A DNA stretch of 64,000 nt from Bacillota bacterium (GTDB taxonomy: Bacteria; Bacillota; Negativicutes; Sporomusales; CTSoil-080), in assembly GCA_017889625.1 (NCBI GenBank), contig JAGGAD010000021.1, positions 798 to 64,797 of the forward strand, read 5' to 3'. Positions 58,567 to 64,000 of the stretch are shown one piece after another. A model generated the notes under the pieces. It was given only the letters and a program-made list of their open reading frames with translations. It was not told the origin of the DNA and did no database searches. The translations under genes and the position numbers were made by a program. Positions within the stretch are counted from its first letter, which is position 1. Each line of letters begins with the position of its first letter.

Positions 58567-59253
58567 ATGAAAATATTTGCTATTGCCGACACCCATTTGT
58601 CAGGTAATCCACCTTATAAGCCCATGTCCATCTTTGGAGATCACTGGGAAAACCACTGGGAAAAAATCAAAACTGACTGGCAAACCAACGTTTCCGAAGA
58701 AGACACCGTTCTCCTAGCCGGAGATATATCATGGGCCATGAAACTAGAAGACGCCCTTGTTGACCTTAACGAAATAGTAGCGTTGCCGGGAAAGAAAATA
58801 ATTATTAAAGGAAATCACGACTATTGGTGGCAAACAATCGGCAAGATGACAACCGCAGTTAATGGTCAGCTTACTTTTCTGCAAAATAGTTTTATGGGAA
58901 TTGACACTTATGCCGTATGCGGCAGCCGCGGCTGGATATGTCCAGAAGATCCATATTTTGGCGAATCAGACCAGTCAATCTATGCCCGAGAAGTAAGCCG
59001 AGTTAAAACTTCGTTAAAGGCTGCCCGTGATGCCGGATACTGCCGCCTCATTCTCATGCTTCATTATCCCCCTCAATATGCAGATTTACCTAGCGGCTTC
59101 ACCCAGCTAATGGAAGAATATCATGTCGAACTCTGTGTTTTCGGTCATCTTCATGACGAAGCTATCAAAATCGCCCCTACTCAGGGAAACGGCACCGTTT
59201 ATCACCTGGTATCAGCCGATTCCCTAAACTTTAAGCTAAAACAACTTATTTAA
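58567..59253 (+). CDS. Metallophosphoesterase
   Basis: 'IADTHL', 'GDISW', 'GNHDYWW' and 'GHLH' calcineurin-like motifs. Confidence 0.8.
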   Translation: MKIFAIADTHLSGNPPYKPMSIFGDHWENHWEKIKTDWQTNVSEEDTVLLAGDISWAMKLEDALVDLNEIVALPGKKIIIKGNHDYWWQTIGKMTTAVNGQLTFLQNSFMGIDTYAVCGSRGWICPEDPYFGESDQSIYAREVSRVKTSLKAARDAGYCRLILMLHYPPQYADLPSGFTQLMEEYHVELCVFGHLHDEAIKIAPTQGNGTVYHLVSADSLNFKLKQLI

Positions 59254-59287
59254 ATCTCAAGCGACCTAGCGCCGCCGATCACACCAT

Positions 59288-59316
59288 TTGCATTTATTGG
59301 CAAAGATTTGTATAAT
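59288..59316 (+). promoter_or_regulatory. Sigma-A promoter of the CsoR-family gene
   Basis: TTGCAT-N17-TATAAT with TG at -15/-14. Confidence 0.55.
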
Positions 59317-59328
59317 CAAAATGAATTT

Positions 59329-59345
59329 ATACCCACCCCCGGGGA
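59329..59345 (+). promoter_or_regulatory. Candidate CsoR-family operator (G/C tract)
   Basis: ATACCCACCCCCGGGGA sits between the -10 and the SD. It contains the palindrome CCCCGGGG, and C/G tracts are typical of CsoR/RcnR-family sites. Confidence 0.3.
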
Positions 59346-59363
59346 GAAGGAAGATGATACACC

Positions 59364-59636
59364 ATGATTCCAACCGAAGCACGAACCGAAGTGCTTAACC
59401 GTCTGCGCAATGTAAAAGGACATGTCGCTGGAATCGAGCGAATGATTGAGGATGGCCAAGAATGTGCTAATGTACTAATCCAATTATCCGCGATCCGGGC
59501 TGCCATCGAAAAAATCGGCATTTATATATTAGAAAATAACGCTATTGAATGCCTACTGAAAGATATAGATCAAAAGCCCGAAGATAAAGAAAAAATATCA
59601 CACATCGTAAAACAGATGCTGGCGTTTTTAAAGTAA
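59364..59636 (+). CDS. CsoR/RcnR/FrmR-family (DUF156) metal- or persulfide-sensing repressor
   Basis: 'R.EVLNRL..V.GH..GI.RMIE....C..VL.Q..A...A' family pattern. Ligand positions are C34, N59 and C63. Confidence 0.85.
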   Translation: MIPTEARTEVLNRLRNVKGHVAGIERMIEDGQECANVLIQLSAIRAAIEKIGIYILENNAIECLLKDIDQKPEDKEKISHIVKQMLAFLK

Positions 59637-59673
59637 CAAATAGCCTTAAGCTAACCAACAAAAGGAGACAGTT

Positions 59674-60468
59674 ATGCATCAGTACCTTTTTTTCATCGGT
59701 AACTTTCCCATCCGTGCCTACGGACTTATTATCAGTCTCAGCATTATCTTGGCAACAGGCACCGCTTACTTTTTAGCCAAACAAGATGGCCGCTGGCATA
59801 ATCACGTTGTTGATATTGGCCTCTACTGCGGTTTAGCTGGTATAATTGGAGCCAGGCTATGGGATGTTTTCTTTTTCGACTGGGGCTATTATGGCCACCA
59901 CCTCTTAGAAATACCTTATGTCTGGCAGGGCGGAATGGCCATTCAAGGCGGAGTTATTTTTGGGTTCTTAGCTGGCTACGTCTATACTAAGCACCACAAT
60001 ATCGACACCTGGGCCTTCACAGACATTGTCGCCGCCCCGGCCATTATTATCGGTCAATCCATTGGACGCATGGCCAACCTTTTGAATGGCGATGCATTTG
60101 GCCGCCCTACCGGCGACAGTTTTGGTATAATCTATCCTTCTTCCACCCTAGCTCATCAGGTATATGGCAACCAACCGCTTTGGCCAGCCGAAATATGGGA
60201 AGGCCAGCTAGATATAATTATTTTTGTCCTGCTCCTCCTGTTCCGTACAACTAATCATGCCAAAGGACAAGTGTTCATTCTCTATGCGGTGCTTTACTCT
60301 ACTGCCCGATTTTTTCTGGAATTCTTGCGGGGCGACTATGGCACCCTAGCCTTTGGTCTCAAATCCGCTCAATTAACCAGTCTTACCATCATTATCATCG
60401 GTGTTATTTTGTTTGTGTGGTGTGGCCTTAAAGCCCCGCGTATCACCGATCAGAAAGTAGCTAAATAA
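59674..60468 (+). CDS. lgt: Prolipoprotein diacylglyceryl transferase
   Basis: 'F.I..YG......I' N-terminus, 'GGMAIQGG' and 'GR..N..NGD..G' Lgt motifs. Confidence 0.9.
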   Translation: MHQYLFFIGNFPIRAYGLIISLSIILATGTAYFLAKQDGRWHNHVVDIGLYCGLAGIIGARLWDVFFFDWGYYGHHLLEIPYVWQGGMAIQGGVIFGFLAGYVYTKHHNIDTWAFTDIVAAPAIIIGQSIGRMANLLNGDAFGRPTGDSFGIIYPSSTLAHQVYGNQPLWPAEIWEGQLDIIIFVLLLLFRTTNHAKGQVFILYAVLYSTARFFLEFLRGDYGTLAFGLKSAQLTSLTIIIIGVILFVWCGLKAPRITDQKVAK

Positions 60469-60478
60469 GAAAAAAGGA

Positions 60479-60507
60479 GCTGTGTTGAAACAAAGTTTCA
60501 ACACAGC
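60479..60507. terminator. Bidirectional terminator
   Basis: Perfect 13-bp stem GCTGTGTTGAAAC-aaa-GTTTCAACACAGC between lgt and cstA. Confidence 0.75.
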
Positions 60508-60547
60508 CCTTTTAGTATTAAACACTAACCTTGCTATTAATACTAAT

Positions 60548-62344
60548 TTACTTGCCAGAGGAAACAGGATTAGGAACACTGTTTTCAGCAGAAGTCCGCG
60601 ACAATTCAATCCAGCGGCGTATTGAGTCAATGATAACCACAACAACCAGTACCATCATAATACCAGTGATGGTAGCCAATAGATAATTTTTAACTGGCAA
60701 ATAAATATTGGCGATATTTTCATAGCCCGCACCAAAAGTGGTAATTGCCATAAAAATCATCGGACAAATAGTTATCCAGGTATAACGCGCTTTCCCCATC
60801 CGAAATAACATCGTTGTACCTACCGCCAGTGTAAGTGTGCCTAATAGCTGATTAGAAACACCAAATAGCGGCCAGATCGTTGAAATGCTGCCTTGTAATA
60901 CCAGATATCCCCACGCTGCAGAAATTAAAGCACTAGTAATTAAAATGCCCGGCAGCCATTGGGTATTTTTTAGCGGTTTATAGATTACTCCGCCCATTTC
61001 CTGCAAGAGGTATCGGCCAACCCGAGTACCAGCATCAATAATAGTAAGAATAAACAACGCTTCAAACATGATACAGAAATGATACCAGAAGGACATTAGC
61101 GATTTCATTCCTGGGATATTTGAAAAAATATGCGCCATACCAACCGCTAGGGACACTGCTCCGCCAGGACGGCCCGCGATATTTTCACCAACCATTTGTG
61201 CCAACGCCGGCAGTTCATTAACTTCCATCCCTAATTTTGCAAATGCAGCAACGGTAGTATTTATCGCGAAATAATCGCCAGGGTCTAAACTGGTTGCCGC
61301 AATGAGGGCCATAAGAGCGACAAAACTTTCCACTAACATCGCTCCAAAACCAATTGGAAGAATATCCTTCTCATTTGTCAGCATTTTAGGAGTAGTGCCG
61401 GTACTGATTAAAGCATGAAACCCGGAAAACGCACCACACGCTACCGTAATAAATACATAGGGCCATACCGGACCACCAATAATTGGGCCACCGCCGTTAA
61501 TATATTGAGTAAGAGCCGGCATGTGAATGTCCGGTCTAACGAAAATAATCCCCAACGTCAAAGCTAAAATAGTCCCGATTTTCATATAAGTACTGAGATA
61601 GTCCCGTGGAGCCAATAGCAACCATACCGGCAAAGCTGCCGCAAAAAAGCCGTAGATTGTTAGCATTATCGATAACTGAGTCAAACTAAAAGTAAAGTAC
61701 GGAGCTAGCACCGAATGTTGTACCCACGCCCCGGCGAAAACACCGGCAAGTATTAGAATTACACCAATTACTGATGCTTCTCTAATCTGACCTGGTCTTA
61801 ACCATCTAAGATAAATACCGATAAAAATAGCAATTGGAATGGTAACAGCAACCGTAAATGTCCCCCATGGACTATTAAACAACGCATTGGCTACGACCAC
61901 AGCCATTCCTGCCATGGTCAGTACAAGCAGAAACAGCACCGCGATTGACGCACAGAAACCAGAAACATTGCCGATTTCTTTTTTAGCTATTTGCCCCACC
62001 GACAATCCGTCATGCCGCACCGAAGCGAACAAAATAACCATGTCATGAACCGCTCCGCCAATTACTGCGCCAATCAAAATCCACAGCGCACCAGGCAAAT
62101 AACCAAATTGAGCGGCAAGTACCGGCCCAACCAATGGCCCCGCCCCGGCGATAGCAGCAAAGTGATGACCAAAAATAACCCATTTATTAGTAGGAACGTA
62201 ATCCCGACCATCATTATGCGCTACAGCTGGTGTAATCCTCTCCTTGTCAAAAGTCAAAACTTTCGCCGCAATAAAAGAACCATAAATCCGGTAAGCAAAA
62301 ATTAACCACAGCGCCGCAATAATAACCAAATAAATCGCATTCAC
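60548..62344 (-). CDS. cstA: Carbon starvation protein CstA (pyruvate/peptide transporter family)
   Basis: 'Y.GSFIAAKVL..D....TPA....DG.DYVPT.KWV.FGHHFAAIAGAGPLVGP' canonical CstA N-terminus. GTG start with an AAAGGAGG SD. Confidence 0.9.
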   Translation of the reverse strand: MNAIYLVIIAALWLIFAYRIYGSFIAAKVLTFDKERITPAVAHNDGRDYVPTNKWVIFGHHFAAIAGAGPLVGPVLAAQFGYLPGALWILIGAVIGGAVHDMVILFASVRHDGLSVGQIAKKEIGNVSGFCASIAVLFLLVLTMAGMAVVVANALFNSPWGTFTVAVTIPIAIFIGIYLRWLRPGQIREASVIGVILILAGVFAGAWVQHSVLAPYFTFSLTQLSIMLTIYGFFAAALPVWLLLAPRDYLSTYMKIGTILALTLGIIFVRPDIHMPALTQYINGGGPIIGGPVWPYVFITVACGAFSGFHALISTGTTPKMLTNEKDILPIGFGAMLVESFVALMALIAATSLDPGDYFAINTTVAAFAKLGMEVNELPALAQMVGENIAGRPGGAVSLAVGMAHIFSNIPGMKSLMSFWYHFCIMFEALFILTIIDAGTRVGRYLLQEMGGVIYKPLKNTQWLPGILITSALISAAWGYLVLQGSISTIWPLFGVSNQLLGTLTLAVGTTMLFRMGKARYTWITICPMIFMAITTFGAGYENIANIYLPVKNYLLATITGIMMVLVVVVIIDSIRRWIELSRTSAENSVPNPVSSGK

Positions 62345-62586
62345 ATTAAAGCCTCCTTTGTCGAAATATTTTGATCATTTTTATTATAAATTTTATTGGC
62401 CTCAGGTGAAATGAGAACTTTGTCATCGGATTAAATTAACCATCAAACAGCAATATAGGCAGGACAACCAGAAATATACCTGCCCGCGCCGCCAGCATAG
62501 ACAGATTGACTAAAAATTTCTCGTACTATAAAATTTAGATAAACTCCACTTGTCTTGAAAATTAAACGGGAAAGCAGGTCTGAGCA

Positions 62587-64000
62587 ATGACGCTTTTCGG
62601 TAATGAGTATCTGACCATAACCAGCGGCAGCCTTTTGCACATTAACATTCTCATTGAAATGTTAGAACGATTAAGCGTACTTACAACCTTTGCCTTTATT
62701 TTATCCCACACAAAAACATTCCGCCGCCTAGCTTCACGGCAGTTTCAAAAATTGGATTGGTGGCTCTTGACCGTACTCTTCGGACTTATCGGCATTATCG
62801 GAACTTATGCTGGAATACCGGTAAACGATGCCCTAGCTAATTCACGGGTAGTCGGTGTTATGGCCGCAGGGTTAATTGGCGGCCCCAAAATGGGCTTAGC
62901 CGCCGGACTGATTGCGGGCAGTCATCGCTACCTTTTAGGCGGATTTACCGCATTTTCTTGCGCCATGGCTAATTTATGCGAAGGCCTTTTAGGCGGTTTG
63001 ATTAACCGGTTTTATCCGTCGAGGTCAATCTCTTGGTGGGTTGCCTTGGTCGGCGGAGTGCTCGGCGAATGCCTTCAAATGGGGATTATATTATTAACCG
63101 CTAAACCTTATGAAAATGCTGTTTCCTTGGTAACAACCATTGCTATACCAATGGTCATAATTAATTCGTTTGGGCTGGCAATTTTTATGATGATTATTAA
63201 CTCAGTCAAAGACTCCAGAGAAAAAGTTGGTTCCGAAAAATCCCACCAAGTGTTGGCTATTGCTACCAAAACATTGCCGTATCTTCGGCGTGGTCTAAAC
63301 AATACCTCGGCCGCAGCTACCACCAAGATCATTTATGATATTGGCGACTATGATGCTGTAGCTATTACCGATACAACTAAAGTTCTGGCCTTTACCGGAG
63401 CCGGATGTGCTCACCATCAGCCTAATATGACCAGCTTAACTCAAGCGACGTTGCATGTTCTAGCCAGCGCAAAATCGGCAATAGCCAAAACTCCTGAAGA
63501 TATAGGTTGCTCACACCCAAATTGCCCACTTGCCAGTGCCATAATCGTGCCACTGAAAAAAACAGATAAAGTAATTGGTGCCCTCAAATTGTATTACACC
63601 AAAAAAGTGAAAATTAGTCAGGCCGATACTGTATTTGCAGAAGGAGTCGCTACTTTATTTTCAACCCAGCTGGAATTAGCGGAAATCGACCGCCAGGCAA
63701 AATTGGCATCACGGGCTGAGATTAAAGCTCTTTACGCGCAAATAAACCCCCACTTTTTATTTAATGCATTGAATACTATTACTTCACTGGTCAGAACAGA
63801 ACCAGACCTTGCCCGCCAACTACTTATTCAGTTAGGAGCATTATTTAGAATAACTATGCATAATACCGGAAAGAACATCACCATTAACGAAGAACTAACC
63901 CATGTTCGGGCTTATCTGGCCATTGAAAAAGCCCGTCACGGAGATAAACTGGTTATTATTGAAAATATTATAGACTCAACCCTTGACTATATGATTCCTT
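62587..64000 (+). CDS. LytS/BtsS-type sensor histidine kinase (5TMR-LYT plus GAF plus HisKA_3-type), 3'-partial
   Basis: Open frame to the window end, absent from the track because it has no stop. Hand translation gives '...MLERLSVLTTFAFILSHTKTFRRL...GIPVNDALANSRVVGVMAAGLIGGP' and later 'NPHFLFNALNTI'. The start is uncertain (ATG 62587, TTG 62635 or ATG 62659). Confidence 0.8.
   Translation, partial: MTLFGNEYLTITSGSLLHINILIEMLERLSVLTTFAFILSHTKTFRRLASRQFQKLDWWLLTVLFGLIGIIGTYAGIPVNDALANSRVVGVMAAGLIGGPKMGLAAGLIAGSHRYLLGGFTAFSCAMANLCEGLLGGLINRFYPSRSISWWVALVGGVLGECLQMGIILLTAKPYENAVSLVTTIAIPMVIINSFGLAIFMMIINSVKDSREKVGSEKSHQVLAIATKTLPYLRRGLNNTSAAATTKIIYDIGDYDAVAITDTTKVLAFTGAGCAHHQPNMTSLTQATLHVLASAKSAIAKTPEDIGCSHPNCPLASAIIVPLKKTDKVIGALKLYYTKKVKISQADTVFAEGVATLFSTQLELAEIDRQAKLASRAEIKALYAQINPHFLFNALNTITSLVRTEPDLARQLLIQLGALFRITMHNTGKNITINEELTHVRAYLAIEKARHGDKLVIIENIIDSTLDYMIP

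Noticed and set aside
60373-60645. 90-aa minus-strand ORF spanning the lgt/cstA junction
   Set aside because: It overlaps the 3' ends of two confidently identified genes and the bidirectional terminator.
62443-62640. 65-aa minus-strand ORF in the cstA/lytS divergent region
   Set aside because: It has no SD and overlaps the probable start of the lytS-like gene. It lies in a control region.
1-64000. CRISPR arrays, tRNA or rRNA genes, IS elements with terminal inverted repeats
   Set aside because: No regularly spaced direct repeats, no tRNA-like T-arm (GGTTCGAATCC-type) or rRNA sequence, and no transposase ORFs were seen. The only mobile-element signature is the recombinase-bearing element at the left end.

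Overview
Chromosomal segment of an endospore-forming Firmicute, probably a Clostridia or Negativicutes lineage (inference from gene content only). About two thirds is conserved housekeeping and sporulation backbone, mostly on the minus strand. It is syntenic with the B. subtilis block rpsT / gpr-spoIIP-(yqxA)-lepA-hemW-hrcA-grpE-dnaK-dnaJ-prmA-rsmE-mtaB ... rpsU-yqeY / nfeD-floA-yqfB, plus holA-comEC-comEA-leuS. Departures from the ordinary: (1) The left 4.5 kb is the end of a skin-like intervening element. The sigK gene is cut after region 2 ('...[11 protein letters not shown]') and abuts a large serine recombinase plus phage-type cargo; the sigK 3' half is not in the window. (2) A thermosome-like (group II/III) chaperonin sits between hrcA and grpE behind a perfect CIRCE operator. 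(3) A ydaO-class c-di-AMP riboswitch precedes an NlpC/P60 hydrolase. (4) At 19.4-21.7 kb, two divergent AC-N17-CATAnnnTA (sigma-K-type) promoters drive a Cys/His-rich mini-protein, an internally duplicated 193-aa protein and a HipA-like kinase-fold protein. (5) An uncharacterised pair encodes a 504-aa protein with a C-terminal HTH and a Zn-ribbon single-pass membrane protein. (6) A 470-nt AT-rich non-coding gap carries phased TGTAG repeats. (7) A stand-alone NirJ1/NirJ2-like radical-SAM pair. (8) A LytS-type kinase lies divergent from cstA. Several real small genes are missing from the ORF track because they are under 60 aa or partial: rpsU, a DUF1540 protein, a 57-aa membrane protein and the partial lytS-like gene. 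No rRNA, tRNA or CRISPR array was seen. All functional calls come from reading the translated ORFs and motifs by eye; no database search was run.
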